Source: Raillietiella orientalis
Lineage: Eukaryota
Assembly: GCA_036172245.1 (NCBI GenBank)
Contig: JAYWIR010000048.1
Coordinates: forward strand, 1,054,001-1,118,000
Length of the DNA: 64,000 bases
Direction of reading: 5' to 3'
Of this stretch, positions 50,100 to 64,000 are shown in pieces. The notes beneath the pieces were generated by a model, which was not told the DNA's origin, ran no database searches, and saw only the letters and a program-made list of their open reading frames with translations. Position 1 is the first letter of the stretch, and every line of letters starts with the position of its first letter. The translations under genes were made by a program, and so were the position numbers.

Positions 50100-50760
50100 A
50101 AGAACGGAGTGCCAGATGCCAAAACCCTTTCGAGGTCAGCCATGGTTGAAGAAACAGGGAGTGACGTGTACCCTCCTCTCTTGGGGAAGGAACAGGTCTA
50201 CATCAACGAGGAGGAGGCAGTCCAAGTGATAGCCGCAGAGGTCACTAACATCGGAAACAAGGAAAGAACTGCGAGCGGGACTCGCCGCGTTTGCATTTTA
50301 ATCCAATCTCTACGAGAGCTCGGGCAGTACTCGCAAGAAGTCATGCGACTGCAGCCCCCAGGGAACGGACAAATAATCTCACAATGGACCCCAGCAGTAA
50401 CTCCTCCTGCGTCGAACTGCATCCTCCACGTTTCTTTGCACCTTCCCCTAACGATGCTGATGAAATACCTCGAGACAAAAGGCAGCAGAACAAGAAGAGC
50501 ATTTCGGAGAACCTCGGCCCAGAAAATCTTCTCACACGAGCACTGAGGTGCCTGGCCACTCTTAAAAGCAATGGATTTCCTGAAGGGGGGGGGGGTCAAA
50601 TGCTGATTTCACCCGTTTTATGGGGGTTCCAGTACCGAGCTGCTTCCACCCGTAAGATGCTCTATGCACAGCTTGCTACTCTGTGGGATCATCCTGGAAG
50701 AACTTACAGCCATGTGCTGGTCCCTTGAGTGAGTTGCCGATCACAAACTCGTGAGTAGCT
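50100..50760 (+). mobile_element. Possible decayed LINE ORF1 (gag-like) remnant
   Basis: ILHVSLHLPLTMLMKYLETKG resembles an L1/Tx1 ORF1 segment, followed by a degenerate Cys-containing stretch; weak motif-level evidence only. Confidence 0.3.
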
Positions 50761-53700
50761 TTTTACTGATGAAAATCTTCGTGGTACATCGCTCCAACTG
50801 GGCACTACATCCTCAGAAGGTGCAGAAGAACGCCAAGGGGAGGATGCTGACCCAAAATCATCAGCAGACCAGCTTCTGTTTTTTTTGCCATCTTTTAGGA
50901 AACCGCATCGTTTCATTTTTTATGAACTTCAAGGAAAGCGAGGAAGAAGGAGAACTTTTCGTCCTCCCTAAACAGCACGCAGCTACCCCTCAGGGTTCAT
51001 TTGGAGCACGAATGTAGCGGCACCAATATCTTGGTACTGTGATGCACAGATGCTCTTTCCTCCCGGAATGATCTGTGCCTGATGGAACGCAGTTATGTCC
51101 CTGTTACGACGTAATCTTAGTGGCGCGTTTTCTGCTGCTGATGGAACACCGTTCTGTCCTCGTTACGACGTGATCTCACTGGTGTTCGCTGATGCCCGCC
51201 ATCCAGTCAACTACAATGAGATCACAACTCTTCGTCGCGCAGTCAGTCTACAGAGAAAAGTGGATCTCCAACGGTTGACCCAGCAAGGACAAGAATCCGG
51301 TCTGATCTGGAAGGCGGAGAAAAAGCCAGAAAGCCGACGCTCTGAGCCAAGTCGAAAGGCCGCCTGGCTCAGGGCTCCTGCATACTCCCAAAGGGATGAA
51401 CAGAAGAGGAGACCTCGGCCAGAGACCCCAAACTCGAGGAAGTATCAGGCAGAAGGGGCGTCCTTCCCGACGGGCGCAGAGGAAGAGAAAAGCTTAGTAG
51501 GGGAAACTGGAGCCTTTCATGAGGGAGCAGGAAGCAAGACGGGAAGTCAGGAGAGTTCACACGGGCAGATAGGCAGCGAAGGAGCCCCGCGTCTCACTGG
51601 GTGAGGTCACATGGGCCACAACGCCCTGTGAGAGCTGGAGGTTGCCAGGCTTCACGCAGCGGATCACCAGCTCTCAGCAAGAGGGAGGCGTCCTTCTGTA
51701 CCAAGCTCAGAAAGGACATCTACTGGGCACGATGACCGGGGCGCCGATTCGAGCACCCCTGAGCGCCCACCTATGTAGCCGAAACTCCAGAAGGCTGTGG
51801 CACGCCTTCAGCCTCGCACCAAGGGGCCTAAATTCGGCCGAGCAGGAGAGAGTCCGCGGGAGCGCATCCTGGAGACGATCTCCTAAAGCACCGCCCTCAT
51901 GCAAATCCTCCGGAAACCTCTTCGAGGTAGCCCCTTCGCACCGGAGGCGAGGGTACCGGGAGGCTGATGGGAGAAGAGGCGCATTCCCCGACCTGCATCG
52001 CTTCCTACCTTCCCGAATCTTGAGGGCATCGGGAGCTGCTCCATCTTCGAATGCTCTTGCAGGAGAAGCAGCATCGAAAAGAACGAGCGGGGAATTCTGC
52101 AGTCGACCGATTCCTCTTCAGTGTGGACCTGCCGGCCTGGCTGCTCTTCCACTCATTCAGTCCAGGGTCGCTCTCGGACTTCTTGTAGACTCCAACGGAA
52201 AGGAGCTCATCCTTCCCTGCCCGATCCTCTCCCCAGGATGGCTGAACGACGGTCCCGTCGTGGACCACGTATAGGAAGAGGACGGATGGGCGACGCCGAG
52301 CGCATGGAGAAAGAGGAGCAGGACGTGTGGGCAACGCTGACGACGAGGTGGAAGAGGAGGAGGAAATGTTGACGAGGCTGCGCCTCTTCAGCCACTTTTT
52401 CGCCGCAGCGGTTCACCCCTTTCCCTTCCGCCGGACTTCCCCCTCATGCGGCGGCAAAGCAACCTGCAGATTCTGCCGGAAGTATCCCCGCGTCTCGCAT
52501 GCCGGACTCGCCGTCCGATGGAAATCCCCCCGGGGAAAAACACTTGTTTCGTCGCATGGCCTCTGCTCTTCTGCTCCGAAGGATCCTCCGCGCGGCTTCT
52601 CCCGTTTCCCCGCTCGCTCTGAGAGGGAGGAGAAGACTCCCCGCTGACCGCATACCATGGAGCGATCCCATGGGTGTGTCGCGCCGCTGAGGAAAACCCT
52701 GCCGTTGCGCCTTGACAACCATCCAGGGTGTCCCCGGAAGTCTTCCACTCAGTTCGTCCGTCGAGCAGGTCACTGTGTACCTCCTCGAACTCCCGACAAC
52801 TCTCGTCCTTGCCTGACTCCGTCGATGAAAGAGAACCTGCCCATCCTGAGTACCCTGGTCTTTCGGATAGCACCCTCCGCTTCCAGGATCTCCACCTTCC
52901 GGTTTGAGCATCTTGACCACCCTCCCTCTTGACGGGCAGCAACTCCGTCACTGTCGCCCCGACTGCCCTCGGCAGCGTGCAAGGGCCCCTGGTCTCGTCG
53001 TCCTCGACCTTCATCTTCTTCGCAGGCGTCCTCGTCGAGAGGCGTCGCCCTGGCTCGGCCAAGGAAACTGGACGCTACATCGGGACGCCCTCCCTCTTGA
53101 GTCTGTTTTCCTTGTGCGGGTTCCGGCGTGCACGCCTCCCCATCCACCCCCATCGTCGTCTGCGCCGGTCCGTGGCGGCTTCTATTTATAGCCCGGGCGC
53201 ATTTTCCGGGACTCCAGCGCTCCAAGCTACCAAGGACGGAGGCGCGTTGCTCACGGATCTGAAGTGCCCACGCGCCCTGCACGCACGACTGCGAGCTTCT
53301 CCGCTGGCGCCAGTTCGGAGGGGAACCACCAGCAATCGAGGAAGTCAGCTGCCGATTGGGGGCGGAAGGTCACCCAGAACGGCGCGAAGCACACCCGCAG
53401 ACTGGACCCCATCCTGCGCGCATGACCGGATTTCTCCGGCGTCACGCCCCTTCCTCCCTGCAACGAGGAACCCGGTCGATGGAGAACTGCCCTCCGGGGA
53501 TGCACGTGGGCGTGTGTTCAGGATGGCGCTGCCGCTGAGGATGGCATCATCGAGGACCTCCAGAATGCGGGACGGCACCCTCCTGCTGTACGGGAAAAAC
53601 GCCGTCGGTCGCCAACGGGAGCCGCCTCTTCTACGAAAAGCGGAGCAGACGGCATCAGCCAGGAGCGAACGGAGTGAGGCTGCTGACAGAGGCGTTCCGT

Positions 53701-55927
53701 TGCCACGAGCGACGAGCCCGGGACCCGGAACCGCTCCACTATCGCGCGTGCGCGTGCACCTCCGAGTTGGTCCCCCGACTCCTCAAGCGCGTCGGCGGGG
53801 CTCATGGGTATGCGCTCCGCAAATGGCCATAACGAAACGGTGGCGGCGGGCCAAAACCCTGGATAGTTGCGTGTGGCGTCTGTGGCTCAGAAGCTCCTGG
53901 GAGCGACTCTTTACAGCCCCTCCCCGACATGCATCTCGTGCCTTTTCCTTTCTTTCACTTCCCTTACTTTCCTCGGCTGCTCTCTTCGGGTGCAGACTCG
54001 GGAGAACGTCCACAGCTCCCTGCTGCCGCTTTACAAGAAACAAGCATGGATCTCTGCAGGGCAACTTCCTCCTCGTGGTCAGTGACCCCCACTCGTCCCT
54101 CATGTGGTGCCCACCTCGTCCTCCTCCTCTTCCACCTCGTGGTTGGCGTCGCCCACCCATCCTTTTCTCCTCCTCGTTGTCATCACCGTCCCTTTCTAAT
54201 CCCGCCCTCGAACACTCTCCGTTCAGGGAACCGGGAGAGAGTGCGGCAAGAGTGGCCCTCCACGGAAGAAGGAATGCGCTGTCCGGGGCCGTTGGGTGCT
54301 TCGCCATTCGACCATTGGCGGCGCGCTTTCACCCTTCTTTACCGCCGAAGCCGCCGGAGGAAGACGGCATCCTAGACGTCTCGCCGCAGCTCGGAGACCT
54401 TCGCGCGGGTAGCGGGAGTTTCCGCTGCGCCCCTCGGGCGCCTGAGGCTTCGCCGTCGCTCTTTCGGCCGTGAGGGTCCTCGCGCTCGGCAGGTTGGCCT
54501 TCCACATGGGTGATGCGTCACGAAGGAGTCTCCGTCTCGTAGCGCTCACCGCGCCACCCGATGGTCTACCTGGTCCGTCGCTCACCTTAAAATCCGGAAA
54601 AAGGGCATCGATGATTTCCCCTCTGGAGAGCGGCGTGGTGGAAACACCGAGACCCGGACGGGAGCACCGCGGAGATGCAGCTCGCAAGACCTTCGTCAAT
54701 TGACAGGTGCTGCTGCTGGCTTTGCCCGAGGCGGGAACGGAGGGGTCAGGAGAGGAGGTCGCTAGTGACAGCGTCTGTACGACTGTCTCTCCACTTCCCC
54801 CTCCTAGCGTTGGATTCGGAAGGGGAAAAGAGGTGAACCTCGGGGCCGACCCCAGTTGTCGACCCGCGCGGTCGTCCATCCGGGGCGGGCGACCTCGGTG
54901 ACCCGCCTCCGCCCGCGCTCCTCAGAGATCCTCCCCATCCGAACGTGAGTCCCCCCGTGCTCCCGAGCGGTGGTGGCGCTGCTGGCACCTGCCTTTCCTT
55001 TCCTCCCGCCGACATTTTTTTTTTTTTCCCCTCTCTGTTTTGTTTGCTTTTTCCTCTCCCCGCGAGGGGGAGTCCGCTTTCCCTCCCTCCACCGAGAGGC
55101 CTCCTTCCGCCGCATCTCCAGAGATCGGATTCTCCACTGATTCTGCGAATGGACTCCACGGCTTTTATTATTCATTGGGAGCGCTCCGTCGCAGAGGAGG
55201 GAGCGCCTTTCTCTGCGACGGGTCCTCGCGACGTCCGCCTTCGATCTCTCCTCTTCGCCTCCTCCGCGAAGCCTCTTCGTGTGCAGCGGCGATCCCCACA
55301 AAAAGGAGGGAGCATTAATCAAATATGGATGAAGATCGATTGCGGCAGTCCTCCGGACAGCGTTCGCCGGAACGTGGACGCGAGGCAGTCGCGGCAGCAG
55401 GAAGATATTCCCGTCTTCTTCCGCGGCATCACCATCTTTGGGGGCCATAAATTGTGTTATTGTTGGGGGAGGAGGAGGAGAGAGAGAGAGAGAGGATCGA
55501 AGCCACTTCCAGCGAGGAGCGGCCTGCAGCGCGGCCGCAGGGGAGCACTTCCTGGGATACGCTTTATTAATTACCCTATCTGCTGGGCAAATATTTGTAG
55601 GGAGAGGCGGCGAGAGGATCTCTCTGCTGCTGCTGCGAGCGTCCATCCGACGGTGCCCGTTAGCGGCGTGATTCTCCCTCCCCTCCCCTCCCCCTGTTCG
55701 CCGCCTCGTGATCAGAGGATCCATGGAAATGGGTCGTCGCCGCCCGCGAACCCGAATGCGCTGAAGTCCTGGCCACGCGAGGGGGGGGGGGAGTGGAAGG
55801 ATCCCTGAGGCTGAGAGGAGGCCGCAGCAAACTCGCGCGCAGCTCCGAAGAGAACGTTCAGCTGCGGTCCACGCGGCTGAAAAACGCCCCGGGGGTGGGT
55901 TTCGAGTCCCCCTCGCAAGATGACACC

Positions 55928-58154
55928 ACGGACCATGAAGGCCAGCCTGTTCCTCGGAAACTCGTGGTGGCAACTACAAGAGCGGGTTGAGTTGGCAGGT
56001 CATGAAAATCTCAGATCCTCCTGTGAGCAGGAAGGAGAAGGCCCACAAGGAACGTCCGGAGCCCTTGCTGTCAAGGTCGATTTATGCAAAGCTTTCCACT
56101 GCGTCAACCGGGAACTCCTTTTGGAGCTCCTGGAACGCATGGGTTTTCCAGGCATCTTCCTGGCCTATCTGCGCTCCTGCTGGCGCCATGCACTGATTAA
56201 TATCTTTTTCAGCGGCCGGCACGTTTATGGCGTGCCCGCGCGCCGTAGCGTAAGGCAGGGTGACAGTCTGAACCCCCGGCTCTTCAGCATCTACTTTGAG
56301 TTGGTGCTGAGAGCACACAGGGAGACTCTGGCAACCCTGCCGAGCTCGTGTACATGCACGCCTGCCGTGTCGACTTATGCCGACGATCTCCTGCTGCTGC
56401 TCTCCATGTTCACCCCGGCATCAGCTCTTGAGGAATTCTTCGGGATGCTTAGCCGCAGGACTGGACTTGAGGTGAACAAGGCGAAGTCATCCATAGTGCC
56501 AACTGGCTCGCTGTGGGCCGGACGGTCAGACTGGATCCGCTTGGGTATCCCCACGGGCGAATGCACCAAGTACCTTGACATTGCGTTGGGGGACTCCTGA
56601 TTAGCAGAAGCCTGGTTCGACCGTCTCCAAAAGACGGAAATGGCACTCGGCCCGTTCCGGTACAGCAAGCTCTACTTGCCGGAACGGGCCGCGATGTGGA
56701 ACGCGTTCTCGACCCTCCTCCTCCGCCCCTTGCTTTTTGTTTGCTCCGTCCCAGCAGCAATTCGCAAATGGATCGAGAACCTTCTTCCAAAAGTTCAGTG
56801 GGGGGCAGGGAGGTCTACAGTTCGTCTAAAAGACCTCTGTGCTCCGCGTAAGGATGACGGACTGGATCTCCTTACGCTGGAGCGAATGGAGAGATAGCTC
56901 TCATTCCTCAGATTCGTCCTTGCATGCTCTGAACTACACCTTGGTGCGCTCCTGCAAGAATCCTCGCCAGACAGGCAACCGGCTGAGAAGGACTGACCTC
57001 GGTCGTCGTGGCCACCGAGCGGAGTCTAGGCCAACTCGGCCCCCAGCTTCGACACGCGGCTGCCTTTGTGCACAAGAACCCCTGGATCTTCGTCCCTTCC
57101 GCTGACTGGATCGTCTGGCTGCAAAAGTCTTCACATGGAGAAAAATCAAAGGCAGGGGCAAGGCAGAGTACATCTGCCTACGGAACAGCAGATACTCTCA
57201 TCAGCCGCTGAAGGAGATCCTGAGGAACACCAGGAATCTGCTGTGGGACCCAGTGCTGCCCTCCCTAAGGGGAGCAATGGACAGCCAACTGCAGCGAGGT
57301 GGGAAGTGACCTGCGTGGTAGGGTGCAGGAAAAAACATCTGCGTGCATGGACAACTCGGAAGCTGGCGGTCGCCGAGACCCTGAGTGCCCCACCAAAAGA
57401 ACTGCTACGCTGGGGAGAGCTCCTCCCTCCGAAGGAGTTACACTATATCTCCTCCGAGGTATGTACCTACCCTGTACCTCCTCCGGCCTCAAGAGTGTTG
57501 GACCAGTGCAACCCTCCCCCAAAAGCGGCAGGAGTCGGCAACCCTGCTATTGCACTAGGGCCTCCCGTGCAACACCGCTGACACCACTGGACCGGGGGAG
57601 TGTAAGCCCAAGCTGCGGCAGGTGCAGCGAAAGTGAGTCCCTCCCGCACCTGCTCAAGGAATGTGTTGCCCTCCACCCCATGTGGGAACGCCGCGTCTTC
57701 CTGCGCGACGCCCTCACGCCGGCCGCATCCCCAGCAGCACTTTGCTGCCCACGTGGCGGGACCGTGGTTGCATGGAGCAACGCAAGAGGAGGCCAGGACG
57801 ACGGGGACGCCATCTATTCTGCTGCCTTATTCATGAGGACAGAGTCAAGATGGCAACATCTGGGAGTCTTCAAGCAGGAACCTGCCGGCACCCTTACAAG
57901 AATGCAGAGGACACTCTCTAGCACACAGTGCTCCCTTCCCGAAACCCCATTTTTTTGACTGTATCTTTTTTGTTCTTTTCTTTTTGTTTGTCTCCCCTCA
58001 CCATGTGCTGACGAGGTGAACCTCGCCGGCCTGCGCGCCGGTTCCCAAAAGGTTCTTTCTGTACATTTTGTAACGTGACACGATCACGCATTGTACCACT
58101 GACGTCTAATTTTTATTTTTAATAAATAAACGCCCCGGCGTGACCGCGTGTCAA
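55928..58154 (+). mobile_element. 5'-truncated non-LTR retrotransposon (L1/Tx1-like), disrupted ORF2 with RT and C-terminal zinc-binding region
   Basis: RT motifs DLCKAFHCV, VRQGDSLNPRLF, YADDL, GLEVNKAKS, KYL; post-RT LCAPRKDDGLDL; C-terminal CGRC..ESLPHLLKEC; stops and frameshifts; 3' AATAAA plus hairpin end; decayed ~15-bp TSD. Confidence 0.9.
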
Positions 58155-58975
58155 TCACAGGAGTGACGCCAGCTGGCCTGTAGGTTTCGGATGAGGCACT
58201 GGTGGAAGTCGGAAACCTCCGGATGCCCCCGTTGACTGAACAGGATCGGAAGTCACATACCCTCCGGAGTGTTTCCAGGAATCAAGATGCCCTTAGGGGT
58301 TGACTCTTTAGGGGACGGAGTCAGTTCAGAAATTGAGTATCGTGTGGATCCTTGATAAAGCAATGAAATCCCCTTTAGAGTCCTTCCAGGAATCAAGAAG
58401 CCGGCGCCTTCGAGGTTCTCCCTCCTGTTGGGGGGAGAGAGTCATCCCCTCCCCCTCGGAGAGGAACCTCCATCGCTTATTGTGGATCCCTGGCTGATCC
58501 CTCTCGGAGGGTTGTCTCTCCAGAGTGTCAGAAGCGCGCTGCTACCTTCGGGGGATTCTCTTCAGAGGAGGAAACGGAGCGGTTCCCTTTCCAGGGGTCT
58601 TTTCGGAGAAGAAATGAGGAGCAGTCCCCTCCGGGAAGTCTCTTCGGAAAGCATAAGGAAGAGATGACTCCCTTCGGAGCCAACCAGGGCGAGGGTTCCC
58701 TTCGGAATCCCCCTCCAAGCGTCAGAGGAACGGACTCTCTTTCTCCGGAGCCTTCTTGGATTCATAGGGTGGTCCCTCCGGGGTCACCCTTATCACTCGA
58801 AGAATCACACGCACCCTCGGGCGGCGTGGGCAGCGTTCAAGAGCTTCGTGACCTCTCCCCTTCTCCCGAGGATGCGAGAGGTTCTTCAGCACCCCTTGAG
58901 GACCAAAAAAAAGGAAACCCGGAGAAAGGAAAGCTGGAAGGGAAGCAGCGACAGCAGGAGAACCCAAAGATTCGA
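58155..58975 (+). mobile_element. SINE body and tail; its 5' part lies at about 55870-55927, split off by a LINE insertion
   Basis: GTGACGCC..GGCACTGGTGGAAGTCGGAAACCTCCGGATGCCCCCGTTGACTG matches the reverse complement of 6720-6820; all downstream family motifs are present. Confidence 0.72.
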
Positions 58976-59847
58976 GGGGCGCCTCTCTGACCCGTCCCAA
59001 ATCCGACCCACTCCGCTTTCTGAGGGTGCTGCTTGCACGGGCGGGAGATGCAACTCTGCAGCTTTGCCACAGGAGCTAGCAACGAGCTCAGAAGACGAAT
59101 CGAACCGTCTGGATGCGCCCTTCGCGGTTCCCTCTTCAGGATGGCTTGCGTTCCGTCGAAGAGGAACGCAAGTGGGGGGGGGGGACACTTTCTGCAGAGC
59201 GAATGATTGCAGGCCTTCGGGTCAAAATGACCTCGCCCTATCCGCATCCTTTGAGAGGGTCCGGCTTGTCTGAAGGTCGGGGTCCATGAGCAGACCCAGT
59301 GGGTCCATTTCGGCAAGCAGAACTCGAGCTACGGGGGGTGGACCAAGCGTTTGACCACGGAGCCTGATGCGAAGCTCATCGGGTTTCCTGGCAGGTGTGT
59401 TGGTTGCCACGGACTGACTGTCCACGTAAAAAGTTCATGCTGGCAACCGCGGAAGCGGTAACCCGCCGAAGAGCGCGCAGCGTCCCACTTGCCGCAGGAG
59501 CCGGCCCTGGACGGGACGGGGGCTCTCGAGCGTCCAGCCAGCACGCGACCCCGGGTCAGAGCGATTCCCGCTGTCCAGAGCACGCGCGTTCGGAGGACGA
59601 GAGCTTTCCCAGGCCCTGGCGAGGACGAGGAATCCGGAGGAAGTCGGCCTTCTGCCCGCGGCCACGCTTCGCGAGGTCGGGACAACGCCGTGGGCAGCAG
59701 CCGGTGCCGGACGACGCAGATGCAGCTCACAGCATCGCACCCACAATCAGACCCCGCGTGGTCCGGCTCAGAATCCCGAAAGACCACAAGCGAGGGAACC
59801 GCGTGTCCTCGTTCCACGTGGACTCGCGTGCGGCTTCCTTTTCGTAC

Positions 59848-61320
<1,473 letters not shown>

Positions 61321-62399
61321 TTATGAAAAAAGAATAAATTGGTGTGTGAATTCATGTAGGATCCGCGCGCCCGCCGTCTCTTTCCGCGGTTTTTCGGGAT
61401 GCCTCGCTGACGTGCGGTCTCTGCCGCCGGCCTGATGGGGTGGGGAGTTCCCGCAGAGGAAGCCCTCCCCGGGTCGCCCCTTTCGTGCCAGCGAGGTCGA
61501 AGCAGGAAGATTCGACCTGCCCGCGTCTTCCGACCGGCCGGCGGGGACGCTGGCCTTCGGTCGCTCCAACGGCAAGCTGGGTCGCGTCCCCTCTCCGCGT
61601 CCACGCTGCCCGGCAGCGGTCAGGTTCACCTGCAGGGACCCCAGCTGAGACCCCCGATACGGTACATGGCCTCTGCGAGCCCAGAGCCGGTCACGGCCTT
61701 TTCTTATTTTCCCGGGAATCGAACACGCCCGGAACCTTGGAGGGACGCTCCCCTGGATGAGGGGGGAAGATCAGGAGGGGGGCGCTCCCCCGGAAGGGGT
61801 CGACGGTTGGCGAGCGCACCGCAAGGAAGGGGAGCTCTTCCCGGAGAGCCGCGTCCAGGCAGGGAGAACGGGAAAGCCGGATGCGGACGAGAGCCGAGAT
61901 GCATCCGATGCCAGCGTGCTCTTTGCTATTGTCGGATGCTGCCGCGAGGGGCGTCGCTCCACTTGCTTACCCCTCGCCCCCTGCGTCGCAGGGCGGACGA
62001 AGCTCCTCGACATCCCGGCCGGGATGCTCAGGAAGACAAATGGCGCGGGGAGTCTGTCTCGGGGAGCCCTGGCCGTCCTCCGCCAGGAGCCCGCCGGCCG
62101 GCTGCACCGGCCGCTTCCGCCGCAGACGCGTCCTCCAGTGGAGCGGACCCGCGCGTTTCCGCCCAGCGATGCCGAGCGGCGAGCGCGGGCGTGCCGGGCG
62201 GTGTTCCCACTGCAGTCGAGGGGAGGAGAGGGGGAGGAGGGAGGAACCTCTTCCCGTCGCCGGGCGTCGCCGGCGTCGCGAGGCGGCGGCGGCGGGGGGA
62301 TAACCTCGTCCCCAAGTGACGTCATCCCGACCCGCTTGGGAGGCAGCCGAGGAGAGTTCGGCAAGGTTCGCGCGGGCGCATCGGTGGGGAGGGATGCGG

Positions 62400-63730
62400 T
62401 GGCCACGAGAACTGCCCGGCCTAGCCCCGGGTGGGCACTGAGCCCTTCGTTCCCAACGTATGGCCCTTAAAAAGGCTCCAAACGAGTGGGCTGGAGCGAG
62501 GAAGGGGCTTCCGTGTGGGCAGGGAGGGCAAGCAAATGGGTGAGCGAATGGGTGACGGGATGGGCCGGCCTAGAGACGATCATCCCGGTTCACCTGGTTA
62601 CTCCGGAGAAGGAACAGCGCTCCCTGGTGCCGCCTTCCCGACAGCGAGCTTCCGTCACCCGAAGGGATGGTGGAACGCCTTCATGGCTCCTCCTCGTTCC
62701 ATTTATTGTTGCTGCTCTTTATTCCCACCCCTTTCCCCCCCCCCCTCCCCGGTGACCGCTTGGCAGGCCGGCAAGTAGCCAGCCCACACTGGTGGCATCG
62801 CCCGAGGGCTTCTTCGAGTTGATCCTCCGAGGAGTGGACGTGCGTGCCAGCATGCCGGCGGCGCTCCCCGCAGCGGCAAACGGGCCGCATCGACTCGGAG
62901 GGATTTCCGTGCGGCGGTACTTTCAAGTACCTTGGAGTGCCCGCGAGCGACTGACAAGAAGAAGCTCCGCGAGGCGACTGCCTTCAGAAGGGGCGGAGCG
63001 CTCTCAGCACCGTTGCCACGTGGCAGCTTCCAGTTGCCCGAACGGGCCACAGAAAGGAACACTCCTGTTGTTTCCCTCTCGCGCCCCTTCTCGTTCCCAG
63101 CAGCCGCTCTATGCAGCAAGGCAAAGGTTCGATGACCTCTTGAGAAAAGCTGCGTCGGGCCTCGGGGTGTAAAAGACCTTGCTGAAGGGCCACGGAGGCC
63201 ACCCAGCGTCGGATGCTGGGATCCTGGCGCTGGGGCTGGAGCTGCAAATGTGGTTCCGAAGATCCGCCCGGTGCCTCAGGAGGTGGACGCGACATCGTGA
63301 CCTTGCTGCTCGCGCGGTTCTGAGGGATGCCGTGGGCTGCGAAGGAGCTGTCGCGAATTGGGAGCGACCCAGCTGCGCACGGCAGCAGGTGGCCTCCTGG
63401 ATGAAGGAGAATTCCAGGACAAGACCCACCAGCATCACTGCATAGCTGCTGCAACCAGCAGACTCCCGGGAACGGATATCAGACGGCTACTGGGGAAACT
63501 GCGTGGCACGGCGTTGGCCTTCCCGCTGGTCAAGATGGACGCAACTCTTCGTTGGAAGCTGCGCATGCCAGCGGCGCTCTTCCTCCTCACAGGGCAATGG
63601 AAGCCTCGATGTCCCTGGTGATCCTCGGCTGTCCACTGTCAAGTGTCGGGCGTGTCCAGGTTGTCTCCAGTGTACTGGAAGAGAGGTCTGTCCCCTACCG
63701 TCCTCAGACTCGTGGTATCATTGCTGGGAC
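62400..63730 (+). mobile_element. Highly decayed LINE ORF2 remnant
   Basis: TFKYLGVP (RT KYLG motif) at about 62919-62942, followed by fragments resembling the post-RT region; boundaries uncertain. Confidence 0.4.
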
Positions 63731-63849
63731 GGGCAAATTCCCTCCGTGATTGGTCAAGACACGAATCTGGTGGAGTCACCGCCCATCAGTAAGCGCCGTT
63801 TCCCTCTCGGAGGGTACCGCGGACGGGAATTTCGTTCTAGCGAGGGCTC

Positions 63850-64000
63850 CGTTGGCGGCCGCGGTCTCCGCGCGTGGCACCAAGTCGTTTGCGTTCGCAT
63901 CCCGCCGGGGAAGGATCGACCCCGAAAAAGGGATTCTCCAACCCACCCCTCCGTTAGGGAGGGAGTGCGTCGTGGGTCCTGAATCTACCCCTCGAGATGA
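63850..64000 (+). mobile_element. SINE 5' head, cut by the window end
   Basis: GGCGGCCGCG..CGCGCGTGGCACCAAGTCG..GTTCGCATCCC..GAGTGCGTCGTGGGT..CGAGATGA, matching the heads at 2200 and 48540. Confidence 0.6.

Noticed and set aside
52929..54473. 514-aa ORF, the longest in the track
   Set aside because: No recognisable motif; composition typical of a GC-rich spurious ORF.

Overview
GC-rich eukaryotic (arthropod-like) genomic DNA. The main gene is the 5' part of a para/Nav1-type voltage-gated sodium channel alpha subunit on the minus strand. It has six coding exons with GT-AG boundaries and consistent phases (30942 to 12518), encoding the N-terminus and domain I S1-S5; the next exon was not found and probably lies left of the window. 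The rest is intron and upstream DNA rich in decayed repeats: a ~740-bp tRNA-derived SINE-like family, several 5'-truncated L1/Tx1-like LINE fragments (one with a clear RT domain), Tc1/mariner/pogo-like remnants, an AT-rich foldback-like element and microsatellites. The most striking unexplained structure is a 985-bp, apparently identical, very GC-rich inverted repeat (9786-10770 and 28181-29165) in two different Nav introns that brackets coding exons 2-6. Most ORFs in the supplied track are GC-driven and spurious. All alignments were made by eye.
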